NCBI RefSeq assembly: GCF_006345805.1
Contig: NC_042999.1
Coordinates: 28,458,001 to 28,522,000 of the forward strand
Source: Octopus sinensis
Lineage: Eukaryota
DNA length: 64,000 nt
Direction of reading: 5' to 3'
The notes under the pieces were generated by a model. It did no database searches. It worked only from the letters and a program-made list of their open reading frames with translations, and had not been told where the DNA came from. Below, piece by piece: positions 1 through 13,500 of the stretch (the stretch's first letter is position 1; the number at the start of each line of letters is the position of its first letter). The position numbers and the translations under genes are program-made.

Positions 1-28
1 CGGTCGTTTTTTCACACTTTACCATTTT

Positions 29-29
<1 letters not shown>

Positions 30-126
<97 letters not shown>

Positions 127-133
127 TATATAA
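30..133. repeat. (TA)n microsatellite
   Basis: About 100 bp of near-perfect TA repeat. Confidence 0.95.
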
Positions 134-205
134 GCAGTTTAGCTTAATGGTGAAGCATTCAGCTGGAGTCCTGACGGATGTAGGTTCGGGTCCCATGGCT
201 ATTTG
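134..205 (+). mobile_element. tRNA-derived SINE head fragment
   Basis: A-box-like tagcttaatggtgaagc and B-box-like ggttcgggtccc; no complete cloverleaf. Confidence 0.5.
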
Positions 206-221
206 CTGACAAACTTAGATG

Positions 222-369
222 CGCAGGAGTGGCTCTGTGGTAAGTAGCTTGCTTACCAACCACATGGTTCCTGGTTCAGTCCCACTATAGTCTCGGGCCG
301 ACCAAATCTTTGCGATTGGATTTGGTAGAAAGAAACTGAAAGAAGCCCGTCGTATGTATATATATATAT

Positions 370-414
<45 letters not shown>

Positions 415-432
415 CTGTGTGTGTGTGTATGC
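222..432 (+). mobile_element. tRNA-derived SINE family A, 5' half with internal (TA)/(TG) tract
   Basis: gcaggagtggctctgtggtaagtagcttg...ggttcagtccc...gggccgaccaaa...gaaactgaaagaagcccgtcg; matches the fuller copy at 45597-46020. Confidence 0.85.
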
Positions 433-434
433 AC

Positions 435-900
435 AAGGTGATGAGTCAAAACTTTTACAGTTTTTATAAAAGGAACAGAAAACAATATATCCCATTCATG
501 AATAAAAATATTTTGTAAAATCAACTTGCTATGAACTATGTTATATCAAGGAGGTAAAATCTTACTTCAAGTAAAATCTCCTTTTCAGCGGCCTTAAAAC
601 GACTCGGGAACCTGGCACATACGTTCCACATTGTGTTCCTCTTTGTAAATCTGTCTGAGCTTGGCTACTAGCTAGGCCTGGGTGTTTTTTTCAACTGCAC
701 CCACACGTAGTTATCGATAGACAGGCAATTCTGTCTGTTTCTTGGGATAGGGCAAGAACCGAATCCTGTACCACCCTCCCCAACCAGGAGGTTTACGTGG
801 CCATCTGAATGAAAAAGATTTGGGGTAGCAAGATGTAATCCTGACAAGAGACACCCAAAGACCGTCACAGTTTGGAGGAATCTTGGTTCTCCTGATATTT
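435..900 (-). mobile_element. Tc1/mariner-superfamily (maT/DD37D-like) transposase C-terminal remnant
   Basis: Minus-strand frames give DNYVW/GAVEK, LVAKLRQIYKEEHNVERMC and RFPSRFKAAEKEILLE, resembling the DYYVWG..EK...LVAKI...RFRSRLEAV C-terminus; frameshifted. Confidence 0.45.
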
Positions 901-2835
901 GTTACCTGTATTATTCACTAAAATCAAGCATTCTTCAGGAAGAGAACCGCTGGGCAATCCTAACTCATGGTAATGTTTATATAACAATAAAAAGGCGTCG
1001 GTCTATCGCTATGTCTAACCTTGCAGACAATTCAGGTAAAATATATCAGTCCATCGCCCAAAACAAGGCTTATCTGCAGCTAATGTTGCTGTAAGTGGCT
1101 CGGCACACATTTTCTCTGATGGCCTGTATTAACAGAAAATTATGTGCCTGGTACAGGCACACGATACCTCACACGGTCCAGAAATCCAGTATATTACTGA
1201 CAGTCAAGAACCAAATGCCTGAATCGCAAGGTCACATCACGCATTACAGTAAAAACATAAAAGACAGGGGGAAGGAAGAGAGAAAGTCGTACACAATTGG
1301 GGTTAAATGATGGTTAAGTTTGCATTGAGAAATTTGATTAAATACTCATCCACAGCAACATTGAAGTCATAACAACACCCCAAGAGACTTGGAAAACAAA
1401 CATAGATTACACACATTAATGAGAGGTTATCTCGTTAAAAATCTATGAGTAACAAAATAATGTAGAAGAAACCATAATAATATCAGTGACCATAGATGAC
1501 CAAATATGCCTCACTAAATTACGTAGAGGCTTGTAATACCACAAAAGAAGATTTAACAGTAATGGTGTTATATTTTTTTCTACTACAAGTCTATACCCAT
1601 TTAAATGAATATTCTCATTTGACTCAACAGTAATGAATCGATTGCCTGAACTAATGTAACTGACTGAAATAAGGAAGGAGTCGTAATGTGGTTACTCGAT
1701 TTGCTACATATACCTATTAAATATCCTTCTATTCATGCCTTAAATGTAGTCATTTCTACATTCTCTTCTATATGAGAAATAAATTCAGGATGGTCTTGAC
1801 TTGTAGGAATTTGATGAGAGTTCGATCAATAAGAGTTAACTTGAGGCGAAGACACAAAAGTATTTTTCATGAACGATGAAATACAAACTGATATTGAGTT
1901 AATCGAATTAATGTGTATTAAGGAGAGCGTCATATTTTTATATCAGTTCCTAACATTGAGTGTATGAATATAACAACAGGAAAGAAAAATAACAAATACA
2001 ACAGAATATAGCAACTGATTCACTGCGAGGTTAGTTGAAAGTTAGGATTCAAAACAGGTGAAAAGCTTGCAGCATTTAACGATGTCAGATTTCTAAGTGC
2101 AAACTGAAAATATATGAAACATTTATGAATAGAGTTGATTGTAAGGGTAAAGAAAAGGAAAATGAATATTATAGCAACAGATATTTTTATGTTTCTAAGT
2201 CCCTGATAAAGAAAGCGAAAAGGCGAGGGAGCACCTGTTGTTGCTCAAGCTAGCTATAAAAACTCTAGTATGCCAGGAATGGTTATGTCATTCTAACACA
2301 AGAACAACCCATACACTACAACCTGAGAGATTCATATGTGGCAAAGTCGACTGGAACACAGGGAAGTTTGACAAAACTGGAATCATGTTCATATTGTGGT
2401 AAAATTTAGTAACCTTTAATGTTCAGAATGATTTGATTACATTAACACCGGTGTGTTTATTTAATTTATCCAACACAGAAATGTGTTATATGACGAAATC
2501 TGTTACAGCTGCATTCGAGGAGAAAACATAAAGGATAGCACTACATATATGAAGTTATTTTTCAGTAGAAAATTATGAGTTTTAAATTCTTTTACCCAAA
2601 TAATAATTGTTTTTAAAATAGGCACTAGTCACAAGACCTGGCGGTACGAAGTAGTCCATTTCTTTTTAACTCCAGTAATTGACAGGAAATTATTTTTCGC
2701 CATTGAACAAATGAAAGGTAAATAATGGTAAATTGATGGAATGGAACTCAGAACCTAGAATCAGATCAAATTCTGTAAAGCAGCAATAATAATAATAGAA
2801 GTAGCAGTGGTGATGGAAGTAGCAGCAACAGCCTC

Positions 2836-2837
<2 letters not shown>

Positions 2838-2911
<74 letters not shown>
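2838..2911. repeat. (ATT)n microsatellite
   Basis: Perfect trinucleotide run; source of the poly-I and poly-L ORFs. Confidence 0.95.
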
Positions 2912-2912
<1 letters not shown>

Positions 2913-3207
2913 GTTTTTCCTTCTCTCTTCAAATTTTCTTCCGTTTCTCGCCGAGTGTTTTCCATACACCTTGGGCAGAGAAGCTCATTGTATGCATTCA
3001 CAGATTACACGCGCAAATTCACAGATAAAATATGTATTTAAAAATTAATAAATAAATAGATTCATGGATGGATGCTGTTTTCACAGCAATAATGCTCTTC
3101 TCAGTACATGAGCCGTTCCAGTTAACACGATTTTTTGCACTTCCTGTAGGGATGGTAAGCCTGGAATCATTTTCAAATAGGTTTCAGTACCTTTTTTTTG
3201 TACCTTT

Positions 3208-3255
3208 ATTATTATTGTTGTTGTTGTTGTTGTTGTTGTTATTATTATTATTATA

Positions 3256-3337
<82 letters not shown>

Positions 3338-3348
3338 ATAGTAATAGT
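3208..3348. repeat. Compound (TTG)(ATT)(AGT) microsatellite
   Basis: Directly visible. Confidence 0.95.
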
Positions 3349-3510
3349 ATTCCTTAGTTCTATAGGCATAAGGCCTGACATTTTGTGTGAGGGGATCTAG
3401 GCGATTACAGCGAGCCGAAAGTATAAAAGACAAAGTCGACCTCGGTGGAATCTGAACTCAAAAGGACCGAACACTGCTAAGCATTTTGTCCGGCGCGTCA
3501 TTTCTCAGCT
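3349..3510 (-). mobile_element. tRNA-derived SINE family B, degenerate
   Basis: caaagtcgacctcggtggaatctgaactca...gctaagcattttgtccggcgcg; reverse complement of the family-B head seen at 12450 and 45000. Confidence 0.75.
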
Positions 3511-3549
3511 TAATAATGATGGTAATATTAACGATAATCATTTCTATTA

Positions 3550-3742
3550 TTGACACAAGGCCTGGAAGTGTGTGGGAGGGAGCCAGTCAATTTAATCGAC
3601 CACAGTATTTGACTGCTAATTATTTCTTCGATATACATAATATAAAAGGCAAAGTCAATCACGTTGGAATTTTAACTCCGAAAGACCGAATAATGCTAAG
3701 TGTCTTGTGCTGCAAGCTAAAGATACTGCGAGCTCACTGTCT
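3550..3742 (-). mobile_element. tRNA-derived SINE family B, degenerate
   Basis: acaaggcctgga...aaggcaaagtcaatcacgttggaattttaactc...tgctaag...ctgcgagctcac. Confidence 0.7.
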
Positions 3743-3743
3743 C

Positions 3744-3980
<237 letters not shown>

Positions 3981-3984
3981 AATG

Positions 3985-4545
3985 AGAGCCAGTATCAGCC
4001 AATGGATGTCATGGCTTCTGATCTTAACTGATTGGAAGTGTTACCATGTTCATATCTTGACTTGGTACAAAAGATATGCTGCAGCAAATATTCTGCACAA
4101 TACCACATATGTGCTTGTCAGTTATTTGACCTTAACCACTTGAGCATATCCCTTAGTGGCTGATATGTGCATCTCTGACCACGAGTAGAAGTAATGGGGG
4201 AATATCATAGCCCTGTGTAGAGAGGAATTCTTTGGCTGTTGAATAATTCCCCTCCGAAAATATGGGTGTTTCGTTCAACATCATTAAATGAACCCTATTC
4301 AAAAACCTTTTGAGATGGTTGGTCTACTCGAACTGAAGAAAGTTCTAAATGGGCCCAACCTGCAAGGTCATACGCTGTTTATCTGGATATGAGATCAGCA
4401 TGTCACGCATATATGCTTGTGATACATGTGCTGGCTGTACCTTTATTAGAAGGGTAGTCATGATGGATACACTGGGTTTCATATATTTTACACCAGTGTC
4501 ACTTTGATGGCATGCATTGCTCTAACACTCAATAATAATAATATT
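3985..4545 (+). mobile_element. 3' end of a Dong/R4-like LINE subfamily (C-terminal residues, 3'UTR, (AAT)n tail)
   Basis: Homologous to 13000-13500 in the opposite orientation; ends in (AAT)n; LVQK..AANILH resembles the QKIALLGTAHILR terminus. Confidence 0.55.
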
Positions 4546-4559
4546 AATAAAAATAAGTC

Positions 4560-4920
4560 AACCTACCATGATGGATCGATTGCTTGCTAATCGACCCATC
4601 ATGCTCGTATGATTCCAGGATAGAAAAGCAAGAGGAGGAAAAACATAAAAAATATGAAATATTTGAAATAGGACGAATTTTTAATATGAGAAATGTAAAG
4701 GTCGTGCCTGTAATAATTGGTGAATTGGGAACAGTAAGAAAGTACATAGACATATGGCTGAAGTAGATTGGAAAAGAACGCCTTGTAGACCTCCTACAGG
4801 AAGTTTGTGTCTAAGAGAGAGCAAAGATGAGCAGGGGATTTCTAAGCAGTTGAAAGACTACTGAAAACTTGTGGATACCTAAGGGTACCGGTAATAACCA
4901 ACTACTCGCATAAAATTCAT
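4560..4920 (+). mobile_element. Dong/R4-type LINE restriction-like endonuclease (REL) C-terminal fragment
   Basis: LIDPSCSYDSRIEKQEEEKHKKY...KVVPVIIGELGTV matches the REL D..P.D.....E.EK..KY...V.VVP++IGALG pattern. Confidence 0.8.
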
Positions 4921-4974
4921 ACGAGAAATAAAACCGACCATGACTCAAATCAAACAATGATAATAATAATAATA

Positions 4975-5790
4975 TTTTTTTCCAGATGTTCGTACATTGA
5001 CTCTGCGAGTATTCCAGTCAATAACTTCCACATAAGTGGTAAACAGTCTATCAGCCAATAATTGCCTTCGGTATTGCCTTTTTCGATGTTTTTCAGGCAC
5101 AGCACTGTCCTACCCAATGTCAACAGAATGGTTGCAAGCGTAAGTACAGAAGTACCAAGGATCAAATCCTGATAGACAAAACTGTACTTAGAAACTGCAA
5201 GAGGAAGAGCAGTAACTTAGCCATGTCATTAGATTACGATGTGTATGAACCTATTTGGTATTGCATCGAATGTTGAGCGATTGCTTTTTTTTTTTTTTGG
5301 TGGATGATCAGTGGTACCACAAGCACATAATTTATTTCAAGAAATAGTTGTTTGCATTTTCGATGTCCGGTTAATTTTGATTCATCACTTTTTTCTGTAT
5401 CTCTGTCATTTTCTTCAGAGAGGATTGCGTTGTTGTTTAGAAGGAATTACTGACCTTACTTGATTTATTTGCTTTGTATGAAGTTTTTTATCGGCTCTCT
5501 TTTTTCTTCTTTTTCAATTTGCATATTTTCGAAACTGATACTACAGATTTGGTGATGTTGCTTTGTAATCTATGTGGGATGCTGTTTCTAAAGAAATTTT
5601 ATTTGCTATACTTGATCTAAAAACCTACGTTTGTTATTCATTTTTCTGTTGCTGTTGCAGTTGAAAATTTACGTTTACCTTATTTTTTATTTCAAATTTT
5701 CACTTCTTCGAAACAAGGCATTCGATTTTATGGTATGACTTAGTCAGACAGAAATAAGTAAATTTTCCTTAAGGTATCATCTATATCAAT
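4975..5790 (-). mobile_element. Dong/R4-type LINE RT/N-terminal fragments with an inverted segment
   Basis: Minus: GRTVLCLKN...[23 protein letters not shown]. Plus 5120-5280: [26 protein letters not shown], which normally follows directly. Confidence 0.75.
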
Positions 5791-6149
5791 GCATTTGTCT
5801 CGGTGCATTGTACTAAGCACAATTCATCCATTGCTCTATGGCTTTTGTGGCTCAATAAGAATTTCAGATCCATTTTGTTTCCTCGAGACAACAGCTTACA
5901 TTTCCTTGCTGCGGCACAACATCGTGTCTAATGTCTTCTACTGTGATTCGTTTATAACACTGGTCCATTGGAACACAAATACATTGTCAGAGGAGGCATG
6001 TCTGAAAGGAGAAGCACAAATGATTGTTCCAATTTACCAAAGTCAATAATAATTATAACTATAACAATAAAAATATTGTTGTTGTTACAGCAACAATTTT
6101 GTAATTGCTGTTATTTTCTAATGGTAATAACCAAAATAATAATCCTTTC

Positions 6150-6340
6150 TGCAGTAGGTACAAGGCCTAGAATGTGTGAGGAGGGGTAAAGACGATCACA
6201 TCGATCCAAGTACTTGATTGGCACTCAATTTTTCGACCCCAAAAGGACGTAGGCGGAATTTGAACCCAAGACGTAAAGACAAGTGAAATGCCGCAAAGCA
6301 CGTTTTCCGGCGCACTGACGATTCTGCCAGCTCACTACCT
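6150..6340 (-). mobile_element. tRNA-derived SINE family B
   Basis: acaaggcctag...gatccaagtacttgattggcact...ggcggaatttgaaccca...ctgccagctcact. Confidence 0.75.
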
Positions 6341-6839
6341 TAATAATAATAATAATGATATTATTATTATTTTTGTTGTTGTTATTATTATTAATAATAA
6401 TAACAATAATGTTGATGATGATGATGATGATGATGATATGAATAAAACGCCCCACCCTGACGTGTCCAAGAAACCTAAGACATAAAATAACATGTTGGTG
6501 TTTTGACGTGGGAAAATTTTTTTAGAAGATCCCCCCTATACTCTTCAAGCAAACATGAACACTTATGAAGTTCAAATATACATCTCAATGGCACGGTTCA
6601 CTTTGTACGTAAACTAATTTTATCACAGCAATACGGAATAAATGCTAATGAAATCGCCTCAGTTATATATACTTTTTAATTCCTTACGCAAGTTTATGTT
6701 GTTGTATACGGAATCTAAATTCATTTATATCTTATTTTTTTCCCCAAACACATGAGAACACCTGCTTTACGGGCTTCGTTGACACCCGACAGTGGTCATT
6801 AAATAAAGAGTTATCAAAGGAACAACAACAACAACAAAA

Positions 6840-8665
6840 TAGACAAAGCAGTTCTAAATGAAGTAGAAGTGAGAAAGAAAAATCTAACAATAGCATGGAT
6901 AGATTACAGGAAAGCCTATGTCATGATCCCACATTCATGGATAAATGAATATTAGAGTATGTTCAGTATAGCAGACAACATGGGAGAATTAAATAGCTTT
7001 AGCATGAAGAAATGGAAAGTAGATCTTTACTCAGTTGACACACTGTTAGGGAAGGTTATTATCAAAAAGGAATTTTCCAGGGGGACTCGTTGTCGCCTTT
7101 AATATTTGTTCTATATCTGATCCCCTTCGGTTTACTATTAAGGAAGGCTAAATTAGAGTATCAGTTAAGAAATAGTAAGGGAAAACTTAACCATTTGCTC
7201 TACATGGATGATCTGCAGCTTTTTACTAAGAATGAAAAAGAGATATATTTCTTAATACAGACTGTAAACCTCTTCAGCAAAGATATAGACATGGAATTTG
7301 ACATAGATAAGTATGCAATATTAGTTATGAGAAGGGGACAGGTAGTCAACAATGAAGGCATCCAATTACCAGATGGCCAGACATTAAAATCATTGAACGG
7401 AGGAGAGAATCATAGGTATCTGGTAGTATTAGAATCTGAAAGAATACTAACTACAGAAATGAAAACGAAAATTGAGAAAGAGTACGGCAGAAGGGTGAGG
7501 AAGCTAACGAATTCAAAGCCAAATGTTCCGAATCTAGTGAAGGCTGTAAATACTTAGGCAGTATCATTACTTAGATACTCAGCAGCTTTTGAAAACTGGA
7601 TAAAAACTGAATTAGTAAAGCTAGACTGAAGACCTAGGAAGACATTCAATGTGAATGAAGAACTCCATGCAATGGCAGAAGTAGCAAATTATATCTTAAA
7701 AGGGAGGTGGAAAATAGTTAATATCAGTGGAAGAGTGCATGGAGTTAGCTAGAGGAGATATGTAGATAATAATGAAAAAAGTTTATTAAAAGCTGCTACA
7801 GTCACAGCCAGACATAGAGAAACCAAACCACCAAATGAAGTTAAAAACCAGAAAAAAGAACAGAAATTATCTGACAGGAAGGAGAAGGAGTTACGAGGTA
7901 GATTTCCAAAGATAGCTTCAGCAAATAGTAGTAGTTATACATGGTTATGGTTGCAGAAGAGAAAGCTGAAGAGGGAGACACAGAACGTTTCATAGTAGCT
8001 GCACAAGATCAAGCATTAAGGACTATTTGAATAAAAGCCAAAATAGACAAATCCAAGTAGATTCCCAATGTAGATTATGCAAATCAATAGAGGAAAGCCT
8101 TATTCATATAGTAAGTGAATGTAGCATGCTGGCACAGACAGAATACCAGGAAAGACATGATAATCTAAGGAAAGTGATCCGCTAGGAGCTATGTAGAAAG
8201 CTAGGATTTGAACTTTCTGATAGATGGTACGAACATGAACCTAGTAAAATACAAGAAATTAAGAAATATAAGATGTTGCGGGATTCGGACTGAGAGAGTA
8301 ATACAAGCTAGAAGGCCTGATGTGGTAGTAATGAATAAAGAGAATAGATAGTACTAGATAATAGACTCTACCGTCCCAAATGGTGAAAACAACAACATGA
8401 GAAGATGGAAAAAATAGCAAAGTTCCAGGACCTAACTACTGAATTACAGAGACTATGGAAAATGCGGGTAAAATGTATCCCTAAAGATCTGAACAGATGG
8501 ATAGAAGAAATAGGCATATGACCCAGTGTAGTCCAGCTGCAGAAAGCAGTGTTATTATGGACATCTACGACACGTAGGAAGGTTCTTAGCATCCAAGGTT
8601 ACTTGTGTAGCTTGATGTTTGTATTGTTTCCTTTTCAACAGTTTAATCTGTTGAGTGTATATGCT
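6840..8665 (+). mobile_element. 5'-truncated Dong/R4-type LINE (RT, CCHC finger, REL), decayed
   Basis: AWIDYRKAY, GDSLSPLIFVL, NHLLYMDDL, GMEFDIDK; CRLC..HIVSEC..RHD zinc knuckle; RRPDVV..IIDSTVP REL; many stops and frameshifts. Confidence 0.9.
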
Positions 8666-8799
8666 AATAATAACAAGGCAACGCGATCATATTAAAAAAC
8701 AACACACAGTCACAATCAAGTATATAAATAGAGACGAGAGCTCCACCAGCCTGATTGTGTTTATGATAAAAGGACACATCACTCAGAAAGACTGCAAAA

Positions 8800-9420
8800 A
8801 GTGTAAAACGAAGCCTAATAGGAAATTCTGAAGGAAATATCAACGATGTGGCAAGAAAAACTATTGCATGAGCAATACCTCAAACGAGGCATAGAAGCTG
8901 ATGTAGGTATAAGAACCATTTAGTGGCAGCAGAATGTTGGTTTGAAAACCGAAAAAGAAGGATTAATCCTAGCAGCACACGACCAGAGTCTCTTCATGCT
9001 GAACTATCAAGCTTATGTCACAAACAATAAAGTAGACACAAAGTGTAGACTCTACAATGAGAAACTTAGGATTATTGATTAGATATTCGCCGGTTGCGCA
9101 GTCCTTGTCCCTACAGAATACAAAACCAGGCATGATCTATTTGGCCAATAGTTGCACAGCAACGCAATTCATCACTAAGTTATTCCGCGCTTTAAGAACT
9201 GGCATGAAATCCAGTAAGTGCCAGTCACTGAGGGAAAGAATATTACTATCCTATGGAATTCTGGAATGCATGCAGACAGGCAAATAAATGATAACAGACG
9301 AGACATTGTCATCAAAGACCTAAAGCAAAATCATCTCAGCAAAAGTATATTAAAAATTGTCGAAATATGAGGACATTGATATTGAGATATCTGGGACGTG
9401 GCAATAGAAACTCCAAACCA
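8800..9420 (+). mobile_element. Dong/R4-type LINE C-terminal fragment
   Basis: WQEKLLHEQY, GLKTEKEGLILAAHDQS, KCRL..GCAVL..EYKTRHD, DIVIKD motifs across frames. Confidence 0.7.
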
Positions 9421-9499
9421 TCTTCATCTGCTCTCTCTTTCTCTCTCTCTCTCTCTCTGTTTTTTTCTTAATTGTATTGGATCTACAGCTTCATTCACT

Positions 9500-12330
9500 T
9501 TTAAGTTTTACAGCTTCAATCATTTCTCCTTTACTCCTCTTCACATACCAAGCAAGGGCATTCTCCTCTTACCTTACTCAACCTTCACAACACACTAACA
9601 CACTAACCCCGTCTTTTCCCTCCTCTTTACATGCAAACTTGAGATATCACTCTTCGTGTGTAGTTCCTTGTTCATTTTCCTTAATTTACGTGTTCTCCCA
9701 TTATCTCTTGTTATTAATGCTTCTTTCACGAAACTACTGCTGACCCATATCTCAGCAAAGCATCAACCCGCGTGTTAATTGCGCTAATCTTATAACGGCC
9801 ATTTAGCTTCGATTGAAGCACAAGCCGAGTTCTCCTCAAATACTCCTTCCTCTACATTTCTTTCATCTTGTGTTCTTTCATCTTACCTCTTTCAATGATA
9901 CCCAGGCACTTATATCCTTCTTCACCGACTTCCCTTACAGTTTCACTACTTTCCAGCTTCATCTCATGGCTATTACTGATGTTTCCCCCATTGAGAATCA
10001 TCACACATTTCTCGATCCCAAATTCCATGCCAATGTCTTTGATAATCATCTGCACAGTTACCATCAAACTCTCAATTTCGTTCTCAGTCTTAGCGAACAG
10101 TTTTTGTCTTCCATATAACAAAGGTTGCTTACTTTCACACTGACTAGCATGTATCCAACACGCATCTTTCTTAAAACGCTCGTTAGTGGCAGTATGCAGA
10201 AAACAAATAGGAGAGGCGACAGACTGTCCACTTGAAAGATTCCTCTTGATATTTACCTCTCCCAGCTTATCTCCCCATGCTGTGATTACAGTTCGTTATG
10301 TTGTCATTGAGTTTTGTATTAGCTTCAGGATATTGTGTGACACATTAAGAAGTTTAAGGCATTCAATAATCCACGTGTGTGGGACCATGTGATATCTTTT
10401 CCTGCGGTCCACCCATGATATCGCTAAATTTTTGTATCTTTTTCCAATCAGCTGGGATAGTATTATCGATTAGTAATTGATCCGTCCTTCTTCTACTCTT
10501 ACGTCTACCCCCTTTCTCTTCTACTGGTAGTAGATCGTTCTCATCTCCGTATTTATAGATGCTATTTGGCATGATGCCCGTCATCAGTTTCCACATCAGT
10601 GGCAAACATGTCATTGGTCGAAATTTCCAACCGCATTCCCTAACATGGGTTCCTCTGGTATTGTACCGTTCTTCCTTTTGTCATACAGGACGGTAGTTGA
10701 ATGTTACTATTCAGTATTTTGTCCAGATTTCTCGCAATTCTCCTGTGCAGAGCTGTCAATATTTTAAACCAAAAGCCCTCAAAACCATCTGGGCCAGGCG
10801 CTTTCGAGTTAGGAATTTTCCCGCACTGATCCCTAAACATCCCCTCAGTTATTCTGAAATCCTCCTACTGATACTCTCCATTCTCCTCTTTGAGTGTCTC
10901 AAACCACTCTGTCTCAATTTCTTGTTGTTCCTCCTGAGAACATATGCTTGGCCAGAATCTTTTATTTTCTTCAGCACCCGGCACAGCTTTTTCACCTTCT
11001 TCTTTCTCATTAAGTTCCTGATAAACTCGTATCTGATTTTGTTCGGAAAGTCTCTTGAATCTGTACTGCTCAATACTCTATTCATATCTCTTTAGTTTGT
11101 GTACATTAGCTTTCAACCTCTGCTTTAATTCCTCAATCACAACATTGATTCCTTTTCTCTTCACCGTATACTTCCTCTGTAGCTCGACATATTTCTCTCT
11201 CAGAACTTCATTTCTTTTCTTTTTTGTTCCAGTAGATTAATATGCTTTCTGTTTTCGTTAATAGACTGCGTTATTCTCCTTTTCCACCATGGTTATTTCA
11301 GGTTATGTTGACATTTACGTTTGGCTTTCAAACCTAACTTCCGGGCTTTAAAGATCGCGATTGCATGTATCAGATTGTTGGTGTCTGTGATGTTGTCATT
11401 CCTGATATCACCAGTGACATCATTTATCTTCCTGACCCATTCATTGAGTCTCTTCATGACTACTTTTTTAAAATCCAGCATGAAAGCTCTGTTCACCATA
11501 GGTCCAAATATCAATGATTGCATTTAAAATGGATATTTGTTCCTCGTTTCTATCATTGCTTTCCCGTTCAATAATCTTATCCGTATTCGCGTTTTTTTCC
11601 TTTACCTCCACTGCCATAGTTTCACTATCTACATTCTCATCCTCGTCCTTCTGTTCACCGCTGGTCTTACTATCCGGAAGCAACCATATCTTTATGCTTT
11701 CTAGTTCATCTGGAGGTAAACATTCATTCTTTCTGATGGCTCTAGCTTGGTCACGCAGATTTTGTTCAATTAATTCAAATAGGCCTCTGTCGTTCCAAGC
11801 CCTGTGCATTCATTTCCCATATCCTCTAGCGAGTACTTCTTTATCAGTTCTCTGGTTACACAGGAAGTAGCACTTCATTACAACCACATTCATTTCTTTC
11901 GTCCACCTTCTTTTAACAGTTGCTTGATGACGACTGGGCCCCTAATGCTCACCCATGGGGCACCTGCTGAAGAAGAGACCTTCACAAGCTGTTCCAGCCT
12001 CATTCCCGCTCTTATCATTTCTATTTCTATTTGAATTTCAGCCCTCATGATGAGGGCTAGTGAATTTTAGGCTGCACTACCATCAATATTCTCTTTACCT
12101 GTGACACCATCACTGACAGGGTTACTGTAATCCTAGAAGGAGTGTTCAAGCGTTATCATTGCTTCTGCCTCTTAGGTGTTGCCGTTGCCTGGTAAGAGTT
12201 CATAAAAAGAAAATCGTTTCACTCCCAGTTTGAATAGGGGGGAGAGGCGATTGGGTCGGGAGAGTTTAGGTTGGGTGCATCGACCTCTTAACAGAGCGGT
12301 CTTTTCAATACAGTAGTTCTAGTTCAATAT
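9500..12330 (-). mobile_element. Dong/R4-type LINE, 5'UTR through RT, lacking the REL end
   Basis: [57 protein letters not shown]; N-terminal RAWNDRGLFELIEQNLRDQARAIRKN typical of this clade. Confidence 0.9.
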
Positions 12331-12449
12331 AAATCATGGCAAAGCGGTGCCTTCATTATAGTAGTTCCAGTTCAGTATAAATCTAGCTGGATAGTAACAT
12401 AAAAAAAGAATGAAGCGGAAATTTTTAAATAAATTTGTTTTGCTCCATA

Positions 12450-12662
12450 GCGGCGAGCTGGCAGAAATATTAGCACACTGGGCGAAATGCTTAGCAGTAT
12501 TTCACATGTCTTTACGTTCTGAGTTCAAATTCCGCCGAAGTCGACTTTGCCTTTCAGCCTTTCGGGGTCAATAAATTAAGTACCAGTCGTATAATGGGGC
12601 CAATCTATTCAACTGGCCCCTCTCCCCCAAAAATATCGGGCCTTTGCATAATGTAGAAAAGA
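12450..12662 (+). mobile_element. tRNA-derived SINE family B
   Basis: gcggcgagctggcagaaatattagc...gagttcaaattccgccgaagtcgactttgcctttc...; (ATT)n tail. Confidence 0.85.
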
Positions 12663-12679
12663 TTATTATTATTATTATT

Positions 12680-12945
12680 ATTCTATGTTTGACTTTTGCA
12701 TTATATTTGTACAAGTTGACTCCAAGTCTCACCCAGAGACCTCAAGAGACAACAGGGTTGGAAGTTCATGTTGTTGTTATGCCTAGTGTGCCATATATTT
12801 GGGGGGTGGGGGTGTTGTACTAATGAATGTCTAAAAAAAGATTTTATTTTTTTTTAACCGGAAATTATGTTTGTATTAAACCTTGAGATTACATAGAAAG
12901 TATTTTGCGTAGGATATGAGCAGTTCCCATGAGCACTATCTTTTG
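12680..12945 (-). mobile_element. 3' terminus of a Dong/R4-type LINE
   Basis: Minus strand reads VLMGTAHILRKILSM*, then a 3'UTR ending in (AAT)n. Confidence 0.8.
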
Positions 12946-12946
12946 A

Positions 12947-12999
<53 letters not shown>

Positions 13000-13000
<1 letters not shown>

Positions 13001-13500
13001 GAATGACACAGGCGAGCATGAAATCAAAATGACAGTGGTGTCAAATATATTAAGCTCAATATATTCTCATCATGAATACCCGTCTGATAAGGGTACACAA
13101 GCTACATGCATCACAGCCATATGAGCGCGACTTGGTGATCTCATATCAAGATAAACAGTGTATTACCTTGACGGCAGGGCCTAGTTAGAATTGTCTTCAG
13201 GTCGAATAGGGCATTCCACTCAAAAAGGTCCCTGAATAAGGTTGTTTAAGGTTGTTGAATGAAACATCCATGTTTCCAAAGGTGAATTACTCAAATCCCA
13301 AGTAATTTATTTCAACACATCAGAGATGCATATATTGTCAGCCACCAAGCATCATACTCAACTCGTTAAGGTAAATAACTGACAAAAAATATATATGGAA
13401 TTGTGCTTAGTATTTGCTACCTCTCATCTTTTGTACCAAGACAAAACATATACATGATACCGCTTCCAATCAATTAAGATCAGAAGCCATGTGAGCCGTG
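13000..13500 (-). mobile_element. Second copy of the 3985-4545 LINE 3' end
   Basis: Shared blocks such as catggcttctgatcttaa(c/t)tgattggaag and gatatgagatca; (AAT)n tail at 12950-13000. Confidence 0.6.
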
